Shown piece after piece: positions 12,561-26,234 of a stretch of 64,000 bases of DNA. The DNA is taken from assembly GCF_039654945.1 (NCBI RefSeq), contig NW_027361681.1:14260001-14324000 (forward strand), given 5' to 3'. Both the position numbers and the translations under genes were made by a program. How positions within the stretch are numbered: the stretch's first letter is position 1; the number at the start of each line of letters is the position of its first letter. The notes beneath the pieces were generated by a model that worked only from the letters and a program-made list of their open reading frames with translations, did no database searches and was not told where the DNA came from. Source of the stretch: Dendrobates tinctorius. Taxonomy: Eukaryota.

Positions 12561-13239
12561 TGGAGGGCAGGCACTCACCTTTGTAATGTCATTTGTGGGA
12601 GATTCTAGTCCATCTCTCTGTGATATCTCCCATATCAACCTAAAATATAACCAGAACCAGAGCTTTGACATCAGAGGAGCGGTCACACAGGGAGATGGTC
12701 AGGGAAGAAGATGTAAATGTGGGTCCTGTGTAACTACAATTAACCTCTTTGTAACTTTCTGATAGATTTGCTAATTAGATGTTCAGCTCATTCTTGCGTG
12801 CAATGTGTGATACACTTCAGGCATCTTCTGCCCCCAGGTCCAGATTTACAGTCTTAAATTTAGGAGCATCTACAAATGTGTCCATTGTGTATATAATTGC
12901 TCTACTGTCTCCTGGAGGAAGTTCGGTGTGATTAGGGTATACACTTGTATGATACAGAGAACAGACAATATATACCACTCTACTTTCTCTTAGAGGAGAC
13001 GAGGAGTGATTAGATGTGAATGGTACAGACCGCAAATATACAGCAAGTGAAATAAGTATTCAACACGTCAACAATTTTATAAATAAATATATTTGTAAAG
13101 GTACTACTGACATGAAAGATAACAACCCATCCAATCCACACAGGAAAATAAATAAATTCATAGATGTCCATAAATTAAGTTATACAGTATGTAATAATTA
13201 GGGATGAGCAAACGTGCTTGGTGATACTCGGTATCACGG

Positions 13240-13838
13240 TGTTATGCGGGGCTTAGGTCAAAGGAGGCTGACAAACCCGGGCCCCTGCGGAGTCCCTCAA
13301 ACTAGGGAAAACCCTGTCTGACCCTCAACCCAGGGTTTTTGCTAAAGGTGCAAATGCCTGAGCCTCCAGCCTCTCCTTATCTCCTGCTCAGCCCTAAGCT
13401 GAACCCTCCACCCAGTGAGTTGTCCAACCACCAAAACCCACACAGTAATGACAGACAGGGAGAACTCAAACCACACCGCGCCGCATACACACAGGACAAT
13501 ACTATAATGTGAACAGGGCAAAACAAAGCACAAATATAGGAAGGCGAAAAGGTAACAACGGATCATACGACACCAGATATGAATTTCTCTCTCCAACACC
13601 TCCTCTCCAGACCGGAAACCACTTGGCACAAAACACAAGCTATAATCGGCGACGCTCACAGGCCAGCACGACTATTTAAAGACCGTGGGCGTGACCAAAC
13701 ATCCCACCTGATTTCCAGCTAGATTAACCCCAGATAACCTGAGTAAAATCAAGCCGGCGCCACTGAGGCTATAGTGGACGGAGATGGAACTACCGCTGCC
13801 TGCCGGACGCTGTGGTGTGAACAGCGTCCGACATGACA
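13240..13838 (-). mobile_element. Solo LTR (599 bp)
   Basis: TGTTATG ... CATGACA ends; TSD CACGG on both sides. Confidence 0.8.
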
Positions 13839-14317
13839 CACGGTGCTCGGATGTGCTCATTACTCGGTGAGTAATGGGCGGTGTTTGATGTAAAACTCAA
13901 ATCCTCTCCCACATCTTTGGCACCTGTTACGCAGCCAATAAGCATGCAGGGATTGCCTGTGAGTTAATGTAATGCCTTAGCCATTTTGGTTGTGGCATTA
14001 CTGTGATTGGCTGGCCGTCTGACATAATCAAGCATTATAATAGAACAGACGCCGCCCAGCTTGGCACACTGACGCCATTGCACAGCTCTGTAACACTTTG
14101 TATTGGAGGGAGAAAGTGCCTATCTAGGCCTGTGTGTGCACAGTATAATATCAGAGGCCTGTAGTGTTGATACTGGTGCTGAAGCTGAGCCATCATACTA
14201 ACAACCCTTATATGGGATAATCGTTTGTATCACATGCAATCTGCATGTAGCCTAGGCAGGTAGACAGTCACAAGAGCAGGGAGAGTGACAGGATCTAGTA
14301 TGTAGACAGGGATTAGG

Positions 14318-14773
14318 TGTCACGGGTTTACCGCGACAGAAAAGCCTGAAGAACACAGCGCCTGATTTCTCCTACTCCTGCACTGATTAGAAGCACTTCA
14401 CTTTTTTATTAAATGGTGTAAATTTTTTTGGGCAGTGCAGGTGATAATCTGTTCTGTTGAGAGCTCCTGGTGAGTTTAGGCTCTCAGCTGTGCACTGTTA
14501 GCCACTCCCATCTCCTATATAAACTGAGTCCTGCCTAGCACTCATTGTAAGAGCTAGTTTATGCTGCATGGCTGGAGGTTTTTGATGGCTATTGGAATAG
14601 TGGTAATGGATTTATCTGTGACTGTTCCTAGGTTTTAAGTGTGTGATAATTCCCTTTTTTCTCCTACTTTGGTTTAACCCCATCCTCCATTCCCCGATGC
14701 ATTTCTCTGTTATATGTGTTAGAATATTTGTATGTTTGGTATTTTTCGTTACCCCAACAACAGAGTCGTGATA
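14318..14773 (+). mobile_element. Solo LTR with internal deletion, related to 11898-12487
   Basis: TGTCACGGGTTTACCGCGACAG start, CGTGATA end, TSD TTAGG. Confidence 0.75.
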
Positions 14774-16819
14774 TTAGGCCTGTGTAGTTCGTTGGCAAGT
14801 ACATAGCTTTTTTTTTTTGAGTTGGCTGAAAAAAATTGAACATATTTTAATCCATCAAGTATTACGTGCTTTGAGTTCCTTTTTTGTGTTATATAACACA
14901 CCCAAAATTTGTTGAAACATTTTCCTGGGCTACATTTCTCAGCCATACACTATTCCTTAGTGTGGAGTACATTTCTGTGATCTCTAAAACTGAGAAAAAG
15001 CTTTTAAAAATGAAGACTTCCATTTCTCAGATGTACAGTGTTACGTGGTCTGTGAACATTTCTGTGATCTCTAAAACTGCTAAAAAGCTTTTAAAAATGT
15101 TGTAAGCTCCCATTTCTCAGACATACAGTGTTACGTTGTCTGTGAACATTTCTGTGATCTCTAAAACTGCTAAAAAGCTTTTAAAAATGTTGTAGGCTCT
15201 CATTTCTCAGACATACAATGTTAAGTGGTCTGTGAACATTTCTGTGATCTTTAAAACTGAGAAAAGGCATTGAAACATTTTTCTGGATTGAATTTGAATG
15301 TCATCCATTCACTTTTGCGTTCTTTCTGTTACATTGCGGTGGAATAAACTCACAAAAACCGCATTGATTGCTGAAGGTAACCCATAGTTTTTCTTTTATT
15401 AAAAACTAGCTGAAGAACCTGGCGCTGCCCGGGCATAGTAACTAACTACGGTTAGTTATAACAAATTATAATGATTATATCTATCTATATATATAAAGCT
15501 GAGTGTATAGCCCTGCCCACTCTGCATAGCCACATTCACTATAATATCCCACATCATCCCGTCAGCCAGAGCTACCGGACTACTAACCATAATATCCCAC
15601 ATCATCCCGTCAGAGCTACCGGACTACTACCCATAATATCCCACATCGTCCCATCAGCCAGAGCCACCGCACTACCACCACTAATATCCCAGATCATCCC
15701 GTCAGTCAGAGCTACCGGACTACTACCCCTAATATCCCACATCATCCCATCAGCCAGAGCCACCGGACAACTATCACTAATTTCCCACATCATGCCGTCA
15801 GCCTGGAGTCAGAACCAGAGCGCTAAGTGGAACGGTCCTAACTTCCATACTGGGGATCCCTTTAAGAGAGGCCTGGTGTCAGAACCAGAGCGCTGAGTGG
15901 ATTTGCCCTGACTTCCATACTAATGATACCTTTAATAGAAGCCTGGGGTGAGAATCAGAGCGCTGAGGGATTTACCCTAACTTCCATACCGGAGATCCCT
16001 TTAAGAGATGCCCGGGGTCAGTACCAAAGCGTAGAGTGGATTTTCCCTCACTTCCGTACCGAGGATCCCTTTAAAAGGTGACTTGGGTCAGAACCTGAGC
16101 GCTGAGTGGATTTGCCGTAACTTCCATACCGGGGAACCCTTTAAGAGAGCCTGGGATCAGAATCAGAGCGCCAAGGGATTTGCCCTAACTACCATACAGG
16201 AGATCCCTTTAAGAGAGCCTGGGGTCAGTACCAGAGCATTTGAAGGCAATTGCCCTGACTTCCATACCGGGGATCCCTTTAACCCCTTCCCGACCGGGGT
16301 CACTGAAAGGTCACCCGACCCGCACACAGAGGACACCTTAGAGTTAACCCCAGGGGGCGTGGCTTAGCCCCATGTACCTACGATCGCTCTGATTGGCTGT
16401 TAAAAGTGAAACAGCCAATCAGAGGGATTTGTAATATTTCACTAATGAAATTTGGTGAAATATTACAATCCAGCCATGGTCGATGCTGCAATAGCATCGG
16501 ACATGGCTGGACGCCAAGACCCGACCCCCCCCACCGACTGGCGGGGGCGATCGTCATCTGATCCCCCTCCCCTCACCTTCCGATCCCCCTCCTCACCCCC
16601 GGTACCTCCGATGTCCTCCTGTGGCTCCAGGGGTCCCGGATCATGGGCGCCGCCATCTTGGTAAATGGCGGCGCCCATGAATTTGCCGGCTGCCAATTCG
16701 TTTTGATCACTGTGATAAACTCTCACAGTGATCAAAATGAAAAAAAAAGTAAATACACCCCCCCGTTTATCACCCCCATAGGTAGGCACACATGATAAAA
16801 TAATATTTTTATTTTTCCA

Positions 16820-17185
16820 TTAGGGTTAGGGTTGGAATTAGGGTTAGGGTTGGAATTAGGGTTAGAAATAGGGTTAGGGTTGGAATTAGGGTTAGAAATA
16901 GGGTTAGGGCTGGAATTAGGGTTAGAAATAGGGTTAGAATTAGGGTTAGAGTTGGAATTAGGTTTAGGGGTGGAATTAGGGTTAGGGGTGGGGTTAGGGG
17001 TGCAATTAGGGTTAGGGTTGGAATTAGGGTTAAGATTAGGGTTAGGGGTGGGTTGGGATTAGGGTTGGGCTTGTGGTTAGGGTTAGAGTTGGGATTAGGG
17101 TTAGGGGTGTGTTGGAGTTAGGGTTGTGGTTAGGGTTATGATTAGGGTTGGGTTAGGGGTGTGTTGGGGTTAGAGTTAGTTAGAA
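16820..17185 (+). repeat. Degenerate telomere-like (TTAGGG)n tract inside piggyBac
   Basis: TTAGGG interleaved with TTGGAA, TTAGAA and TTGTGG hexamers; shorter copy at ~37927-37980. Confidence 0.85.
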
Positions 17186-18326
17186 TTGAGGGGTTTCGAC
17201 TGTTTAGGCACATCACAGGGTCTCCGAACGCGACATGGCGCCACGATTTATTCCAGCCAATTTTACGTTCAAAAAGTCAAACAGCGCTCCTTCCATTCCG
17301 AGCCCCGACGTGTGCCCAAACAGTGGTTTACCCCCACATATGGGGTATCAGCGTACTCAGGAAAAATTGCACTACAACATTGGGGGTCTAATTTCTCCTG
17401 TTACCCTTGGGAAAATAAAAAATTGGGGGCTAAAAAAATGATTTTTGTGGAAATTTTTTTATTTTATTTTCACGGCTCTGCGTTATAAACTTCTGTGAAG
17501 CACTTGGGGGTTTAAAGTGCTCACCACACATCTAGATAAGTTCCTTGGGTGGTCTAGTTTCCAAAATGGGGTCACTTGTGGGGGGTTTCCACTGTTCAGG
17601 CACATCAGAGGCTCTGCAAATGTAACATGACGCTCGCAGACCATTCCATCAAGTCGGCATTTCAAAACGTCACTACTTCCCTTCCGAGCCCCGACGTGTG
17701 CCCGAACAGTGGTTCCCCCCCACATATGGGTTACCAGCGTACTCAGGACAAACTGTACAACAACTTTTGGGGTCCAATTTCTCCTGTTACCCTTGTGAAA
17801 ATAAAAAATTGCAGGCTAAAAAATCATTTTTTGAGGAAGAAATTTTTTTTTTTAATTTTCATGGCTCTGCGTTAGAAACTTCTGTGAAGCACTTGGGGGT
17901 TCATAGTGCTCACTATGCATCTAGATAAGTTCCTTGGGTGGTCTAGTTTCCAAAATAGGGTCACTTGTGGGGGGTTTCCACTGTTTAGGCACATCAGAGG
18001 CTCTGCAAATGTAACAAGACGCCCGCAGACCATTCCATCAAGTCGGCATTTCAAAACGTCACTACTTCGCTTACGAGCCCCGACGTGTGCCCAAATAGTG
18101 GTTCCCCCCCACATATGGGGCACCAGCGTACTCAGGAAAAACTGTACAACAACTTTTGCGGACCAATTTCTCCTGTTAAAATTGTGAAAATAAAAAATAG
18201 CGGGCTAAAAAATCATTTTTTGAGGGAAAAAAAATATTTTTATTTTCTTGGCTCTGCGTTATACACTTCTGTGAAGCACCTGGGGGTTCAAAGTGCCCAC
18301 TATGCATCTAGATAAGTTCCTTAGGG

Positions 18327-19102
18327 TTTTTTTTATACATAACAAATTAGTCCAAAAATAATAGCCACCTCAATACATTATATTATATCTCAATTTCTGC
18401 CACAAATTTGTGCAGACATAACAAAGGCAAATAGGCAAAAATAGATGAATCAATAAAACCAATCATTTATTAATACATTTCATAAAAAAATTTTTTTTTT
18501 TTTTTTACAAGGAAATTTCTAAAAAAACCAAGGTACAAATGTTTGTATCTGTGTTTGTAAGTATTTGCAATTGATAAAAGAAACGCTGAGAGCAAAAGTC
18601 GCTACTATTTGAGCATTAATGCACTGTGATTATTCCAATAAGGATTAGATAGCTCTGCCTTTGATCACTACGGCAGACATATAATGTAGGGAGCTCAGCG
18701 AAATTGTTACTTACTTTCAGCAGTGTGTATTTTACACTATTTAAGGATGTGATCCTTCTGCTTTTAGAACTATTGGGCTTTTTCCTTAAACATTCAGATG
18801 GAAGTTTAATATATATAGCTATATGAATTTATGCCTAAGTAATGAACATTATTTGTATGGGGAAAAAAAAGAAAAAAAAGATTGAAAAAAATGTTTGTAT
18901 GATATGTGATTATGTTGTATAAAGCTGAACTCTGTGAGCATTTATCATTACATTTGTACCTTGGTTTTTTATAGAAATTTCCTTGTAAAAAATTTTTTTA
19001 TGAAATTTATTAATAAATGATTGGTTTTATTGATTCATCTATTTTTGCCTATTTGCCTTTGTTATGTCTGCACAAATTTGTGGCAGAAATTGAGATATAA
19101 AA
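18327..19102. mobile_element. Non-coding fold-back insertion with a 13-bp TSD
   Basis: TSD AAGTTCCTTAGGG (18314-18326 and 19103-19115); inverted repeat ~18385-18541 versus ~18951-19099. Confidence 0.7.
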
Positions 19103-22100
19103 AAGTTCCTTAGGGGGTCTAGTTTCCAAAATGGGGTCATTTGTGGGGAGCTCCAAAGTTTAGGCACACAGGGGCTCTCCAAACACGACATGGTGTCTGC
19201 TAACGATTGGAGCTAATTTTCCATTCAAAAAGTCAAATGGCCCTCCTTCCCTTCTGAGCCCTGCCGTGCACCCAAACAGTGGTTCCCCCCCACATATGGG
19301 GTACCAGCGTACTCAGGACAAACTGAACAAAAACTTTAGGGGTCCAATTTATCCTGTTACCCTTTTGAAAATAAAAAATAGCGGGCTAACACATCATTTT
19401 TGAGGAAAAAAAAATATTTTTTATTTCCATGGCTCTGCGTTTATAAACTTCTGTGAAGCACTTGGAGGTTCAAAGTACTCACTACATATCTAGATAAGCT
19501 CCTAGGGGGGGGTCTAGTTTCCAAAATGGGGTCACTTGTGGGGGGTTTCTACTGTTTAGGCATATCAGGGGCTCTGAAAACGCAACATGATGCCTGCAGA
19601 ACATTCCATCAAAGTCTGCATTCCAAAATCGTGCTCCTTCCCTTCTGAGCTCTCCCATGCGCCCAAACAATGGTTCCCCCCCACATATGGGGCATCGGTG
19701 TACTCAGGACAAATTGAAGAACAATTTTTGTGGTCCAATTTCTCCTGTTAGCCTTGTGAAAGTAAAAAAATAGCGGGCTAAAAAAATCATTTTTGAGGAA
19801 AAAAAATGATTTTTTTATTTTCACTTTTTCACTGCTCTGCGTTATAAACTTCTGTGAAGCACTTGGGGGTTCAAAGTGCCCACCACACATCTAGATAAGT
19901 TCCTTGGGGGGTCTAGTTTCCAAAATGGGGTCACTTGTGGGGGAGCTCCAATGTTTAGCTACACAGGGACTCTCCAAACGCAACATGGTGTCCGCTAACG
20001 ATTGGAGCTAATTTTCCATTCAAAAAGTCAAATGGTGCTCCTTCCCTTCCGGGCCCTGCCGTGCGCCCAAACAGTAGTTTATGACCACATATGAGGTATC
20101 GGTGTACTCAGGAGAAATTGCCCAACAAATTTTAGGATCCACTTTATCCTGTTCCCCATGTGAAAATAAAAAAACTGAGGCTAAAAGAAAATTTTAAAAA
20201 AAGTCCTTTTTTTTACAGATCAATTTGTGAAGCACCTGGGGGTTCAAAGTGCTCACTATGCATCTAGATAAGTTCCTTGGAGGGTCTAGTTTCCAAAATG
20301 GGGTCACTTGTGGGGGAGCTCCAATGTTTAGGCACACAGGGGCTCTCCAAATGCGACATGGCAACCGCTAAATATTCCAGCACATTTTCCATTCAAAAAG
20401 TCAAATGGCGCTCCTTCCCTTCTGAGCCCTGCCGTGCGCCCAAACAGTGGTTTATGACCACATATGAGGTATCGGTGTACTCAGGAGAAATTGCCCAACA
20501 AATTTTGGGATCCATTTTATCCTGTTACCCATGTGAAAATGAAAAAATTGATGCTAAAAGAAAATTTTTGTTGGAAAAATTAAAATGTCCATTTTTTTCC
20601 TTCCACGTTGCTTTAGTTCCTGTGACGCACCTGAAGGGTTAATAATCTTCTTGAATGTAGTTTTAAGTAGCTTGAGGGTTGCAGTTTTTAGAATGGTGTC
20701 ACTTTTGCGTATTTTCTACCATATAGACCCCTCAAAGTGACTTCAAATGTGAGGTGGTCCTTAAAAAAAATGGTTTTGTAAATTTTGTTGTAAAAATGAG
20801 AAATCGCTGGTCATCTTTTAACCCTTATAACTTCCTAACAAAAAAAAAATTTGTTTCCAATATTGTGCTGATGTAAATTAGACATATGGGAAATGTTATT
20901 TATTAAGTATCTTGTGTCACATAACTCTCTGGTTTAACAGAATAAAAATTCAAATTGTGAAAATTGCAAAATTTTCAAAATTTTCGCCAAATTTCCATTT
21001 TTTTCACAAATAAACGCAAAAATTATTGACCTAAATTTACCACTAACATGAAGCCCAATATGTCACGAAAAAATAATCTCAGAATCGCTAGGATGCATTG
21101 AAGCCTTCCAGAGTTATTACCTCATAAAGGGACACTGGTCAGAATTGCAAAAAATGGCCAGGTCATTAGGGTCAAAATAGGCTGGGTCATGAAGGGGTTA
21201 AGAGAGGCCTGGGGTCAGAATTAAAGCGCTGGATGGATTTGCCCTAACTTCCATACACAGAGATCCCTTTAAGAAGGGCCTGGGGTCAGTACCAAAGCGC
21301 AGAGTGGATTTGCCCTAAATTCCATACCAATGATCCCTTTAAGTGACCCTGGGGTCAGAACCACAGAGCTGAGTGGAACTGTCCTAACTTCCATACCGGG
21401 GATCCCTTTGAGAGGCCTGGAGTCAGTACCAAAGCCCTGAATGGATTTGCTCTGACTTCCATACCAATGATCCCTTTAAGAGGGAAGATGTGCCTACGGG
21501 ATGGAGGATGTGTGATGGGTATATGGGCACGGGAGGGGTGATTTGTTTCTGTCATGTGCTCTCTGCTCCTTTCAGGGGGCAGACAGTGGCTGGGAGCTTA
21601 TGTTCCCAGGGATGCTATATTTCTCCCACCATATCAGTGTCTGCTGAGGTTTTGTCAAGTGGGAAAACTGTTGGTCATAGCAACCAATCACAGCTCAGCT
21701 TCTTTTAACCAGCTCTGGTGAAATGAGAGATGCTTAGTGATTGTTTGCAAGGAAAACTGTTGCTCATATTAACCAATCACAGCTCAGCTTCTTTTGAACA
21801 GCTCTGTTGAAATGAAAGATGCTTCGTGATTGGTTGGTGATACACACACACACACATTCATTTTTATATATAGAGATAAACTTGGTTTCAAGAAACATAG
21901 CAATTACAAAATGTGTAAGGCGTGCGTTAAGGGATGGGGAAGTGGCAGTGCTGATGATGGTGCACGCAGATACCGAGGGGCAGGTGTGACTATGCCTGTT
22001 CCTGGAGCACAAGAAATATGCACATAGGTTCCTGTCCCACTTTCTGAAGCCACAGCAGTGCAAACAGGTGGACGGTTGGATAATGCTTCCAGCAGGCTCG

Positions 22101-22436
22101 TCAGAGCCACTGTCTTCTACACAATCCAGTCTCCCCAGCCTAAAGTCTTTATCACTTAATCCTCACCCTAACCTCCTTATCCCCACCATGTTGAGTCCCA
22201 GGAGACTAGTGAACCCACATTAGGACACTCTGAGGAGCTCTTTACAACATTATTTCTTGATTGTGACCTCTCAACCTGCATGTTCCAAGAGGGAAAAGAG
22301 GACATGCTGTTTAGTGATGCACAACCTTAGAGCAGCCATGGCTACAAGAACATGACGGTAAGGAATGGCAAATTTGGGATAAGGAGGAAGATGCTGATGA
22401 GACACAGTTGCCACAAAGTCTTGTTGTTTAGTCAAG

Positions 22437-23069
22437 TGTCATGGTTTGCCCAGGAGTTCTTGGGCAGTACTTCTAGGGTTAATACTATGGGGCCTCTCTT
22501 TGATTGGGGCAGGGCTACATCTACCCGCCCGTGCTGTGCGGGTTGTCAGTTATACATCTGTTCTCGGCTGGGCAGCTCACCCATGTATTTCTGTGCGCAT
22601 TGCCTGTCTTTGTATGTTTGCCTGTGAATGACCCGGTCTGTTCCTCGTTTGATATCTGCCTGTTGACTCTGTACTGTCTGCTACACTCTTGGTTTTGACC
22701 TCGGCTACGTCCCCTGACTCCCCTCTTACTTGCCCGTCTGGTACTGCTCCGTCCTCTAAATTCCGACCCCGGCTTGTCTTTGCCCACTTTACTCGTCTGT
22801 CCCTTTGGTTACCGTGCTGTTCTTTGGCTTCTGACCTCGGCTAGTTTTGAAACTCCTACAGGCTTGCCTGTCCCGCCATCATCCCCGGGAGACTGGGGCC
22901 TTGCTCCACCTCCAGCCACTCCCCCGGTGGTCACGTGCTGCAGGTCCTGCTCACCTACAGCACACTCCCTACTGCGGTCACACGTCTCTGTAGGACCCCC
23001 CGAGGTTCCCCAGCACATTCCTGGACACGTACAGTCTCTGGTGGTAAGTCTGGTATGGTGTCCATCACA
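22437..23069. mobile_element. Solo LTR (633 bp) within the hAT pseudo-transposase
   Basis: TGTCATGG ... CCATCACA ends; TSD TCAAG. Confidence 0.75.
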
Positions 23070-24574
23070 TCAAGAAGGCAGGAGGACCAAGGTGCAGTGG
23101 TGGAAGATGAGGTAGTGGATAACAAAGTCACCAACCCAAGCTGGGAAGCTGGCATGCAGAGAAAGGGCAGCAGTGCTGAGGGGGAGAGATCGGCAGCACC
23201 GAGACAGACAGGAAGAGGCAGTGAAGTGGCCAGAGGGAGAAGGTGGGCAACTGATCCGCAGAGCACCGACAATCCTGATTTTCTCAGTCAAAGAGTTTGG
23301 TGTTGCCCAGTCTGGGACTTTTTTAAAATAAAATGGCCATTTGCAACCTGTGCCATGCAAAGATCAGCAGGGGCCTGATCACTAAGAATCTAACCACCAC
23401 CAGCATGATCAGGCACATGTCATCTAACCACCCGGCTCGGTAGGCTGAATGCGTGGGTCCACAACTGGTGCTTTCAAGTGACATTACTGCCTCTTCCCTG
23501 TGCTAGGTGCTTCCCAATCCTCTCTCCAAAACAATGGCGCAGATGCCTCCTGCCCTGCATCTATACTTGCACTTTCTGACTTACTATCAGGCACTTCTAA
23601 ATCCTTGTCCCAGCCCAGCCTTCAGCTAGACCTACCCCAGGTCTTGGAACAAAACAGGATATTCCCAGCCACCAACCCAATGCTAAATGGGCATATTTCC
23701 TGGCAGCTTGCCGTGGAAATGTTGCCATTTAGGCTGGTAAACACAGAGGATTTTCGCTGACTCATGGTGGCAACCGTCTCTTGGTACCCAGCAGCTTTTT
23801 CTCCCGGTGTGGCGTCCCCACCTTTACCAACACGTCGAGGAACATCACCTGTGCCCCTACCAATGCACTTACTGGCATGGTCCACTTAACAACCGACACA
23901 TGGACAAGCGCTAGTGACCAAGGACGTTACATTTCCCTGACAGCACACTAGGTGAACATTGTGGAGGCTGGGGCCGCGCCACACCCTGGCACGGAGCATG
24001 TGCTCCTGATGCCGAGGATTGCAGGTCCTACTTCTATCAGGGTTTCCTCCACCTCCTACAGCAGTTCTTGCACCTCCTCCATCCGATTTGGTATCTCAGA
24101 AAACGTCGTCCACATCATTCAGAAGCTCTGTAGCACTGCCTCAATGAAGCTCTGCAACAGGCTCTGCTGAAGCTAATTTGTCTAAGAGACAAACCGCACA
24201 CCGCAGCAGCGTTACTTAAAGGAATAACAAACCAGACAGATATGTGGTTTTTGCCTCTGAACTCCCAGCCAGGCATGGTCATTTGTAAAAATGGGCATAA
24301 CCTGGTGACAGCTGTGAAGCAAGCTCACATAGATACCATGCTTTGGAAAGAAAAAGGGGGAGACAGGGCGCTTCCAATGCGTAGGTCTGTATGGAAAGTA
24401 GATGAGTGCACAGCAAGTGATAGGCTCACCTGATAGGGTTGTGAGAGTCACAACACCTATAATCGCATAAAACAGCTGCAGCAGTCTTCACGAGGTCCAA
24501 GGACTTGGTACAAAGAGAAGGCTGGTAGTGCAATAAGAGACTGTGCTGCTGTGGTAGAATTCAAGATATCTTTA

Positions 24575-24622
24575 ATGCCAACGCGTTTCCTGAGCCAGTC
24601 CCAGCTCACTTCATCAGGGCAT
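24575..24622 (-). ncRNA. Minimal type I hammerhead ribozyme motif (Penelope 3' region)
   Basis: Reverse complement: ATGCC-CTGATGA-AG-TGAGCTG GGAC TGGCTCA-G-GAAAC-GCGT-T-GGCAT. Confidence 0.7.
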
Positions 24623-25431
24623 GTTACAGAAGTTCATTGCAGGGGTATATATACAAAAAAAAAAAAGGGGAGGCGCCAAGAATAGTGGGGTGACACGTCA
24701 GCATGGATACATATACATGAATCATGCAAAACAATAAAACTTTATTACAACCATATTAAAAATGATGTTTAAAATGCCATAAAAAGAGTGTTAGTATAAA
24801 AAACGTGATTAAAAAAAGACACGGGGGGATCACGAGGTAAAAGATTAAAAAATGGCTCTGGGGTGGATTAGAACTTGCCTCAGAGGATATAACTCATGGT
24901 ATTAGTCCACTATGCTACATGTGAAACTGAAAAGTAAGAAGAAAATGGTTAAAATCATGTATAAATAACTAAAACTAGTTTCAAATATCTTTTTTCTAGG
25001 TGGCGAAGAACAAGAAGAAACTCTCTGGAATAGGTAATATAAAAATTGAGTGTTGAGACTTAATTAAAAAAAAAAAAATATATATATATATTTTTGATTA
25101 TTTTTTGTGGAGGCGTTGAATAGGAAAAACAAGTGAAGAATGAAGAATAACATTACCGCCAATTGACCACACGGTGGCGCCACTGATAAAAAAGCATAAA
25201 ATCGCTAAAAATGTGAAGAAAACAAGAGTAGAAGATGTGACCTGTATGGAACCACTGTGGTAGTGGACAGTGAAGGTCCGGAAAGAAAGTTAAATAGTAG
25301 AAATCTGAATTAAATACGGTCATAGGTAAAAATATAAAAAAAATTAAAAAAAAAAATTTTTCTTTAAAAACTAAGATGATGATATAAAGGAAATGAAAAG
25401 ATAAGATATTAAACACAGGGTCAAAATAAAA

Positions 25432-26079
25432 TCAATAAAAAACATCATTGATGATATTTAGACCATTGGGCTCAATAGATTTGAGTTTGTAGATCCAAAA
25501 AACTTCCTTTCTGCATAGTGATTGAAACCTATTGGGGATCTGGTCTGGTATGTGATCAATGGGATAAATGGTGGCTTTACTGAAATCTCTGGAATGTGTG
25601 GTGTCAAAGTGTCGTGAAAGTCCATGTTTTTGGAAGCCTATTTTGATATTGTGACGGTGTGAATTCATGCGACAATGTAGTGCTTGTGTAGTGCGACCTA
25701 CATACAATCTGGGACAAGGACAGGAAATGACATATATAACATGAGAGGAATGACAAGTGAGGTGGAATTTGAGGGGAAATTTTTCAAGTGTAATGGGGTG
25801 GACAAACACAGACGTGCAGTGTGAAATGGTATGACAGCAAGCACAATTAGGACGGTGACACTTATAAATCCCTGGTGATGAAATGGTATGGGTAGTAGGC
25901 TTCTGGGGTAGAAGTCTACTTGGAGCCAGAATATTCTTTAATGACCTGGCCTTTCGGAAGGTGAGAGCAGGTTTGTCTGGAAGGACCCCATTAAATATGG
26001 GGTCCTTCTTAATGATGGGCCATAAATTATTTAGAACATCTCTTATCCTGTTCTGTTGTGAACTGAATGTTGTAATCAA
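25432..26079 (-). pseudogene. Penelope GIY-YIG endonuclease domain (C-terminal fragment)
   Basis: VIYVISCPCPRLYVGRTTQ..RMNSH...E.FWIYKLKSIEPNGLN; the upstream RT is interrupted and partly deleted. Confidence 0.85.
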
Positions 26080-26234
26080 ATTTGTTCTAAAGAGTTCAGC
26101 ATCATCTTTCTTTTGTTTAGTCAGAGATTTGCTGAGGAGAATATTCTGGTTAAAATTTTTAAAAACATTATCACATGTAGAACTAATGAGTTTTTTGGGA
26201 TACCTCTGATTGCCTCTGTTCTATTTCATAACAG

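Larger units (their letters stand above)
16283..21197 (+). mobile_element. Non-autonomous piggyBac element inserted in the Helitron
   Basis: TTAA|CCCCTTC ... GAAGGGG|TTAA; ~390-bp internal tandem units shared with the other two piggyBac copies. Confidence 0.85.
15406..21876 (-). mobile_element. Non-autonomous Helitron
   Basis: On the minus strand: A|TCTCTATATATAAAA 5' end at 21876, and a GC hairpin (CCCGGGCAGCGCCAGG) followed by CTAG|T 3' end at 15406. No TSD. Internal ~57-60-bp and ~70-bp tandem arrays. Confidence 0.75.

Noticed and set aside
16832-17062. (LGLE)n ORF
   Set aside because: Translation of telomere-like hexamers.
16820-17185. Chromosome-fusion telomere relic
   Set aside because: Single orientation, and internal to a TTAA-flanked element that has a homologous tract in another copy.
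18575-18710. Possible hammerhead (GAAAC...CTGAGAG...CGAAA) in the fold-back insert
   Set aside because: The core is not CUGANGA and no consistent stems could be drawn.
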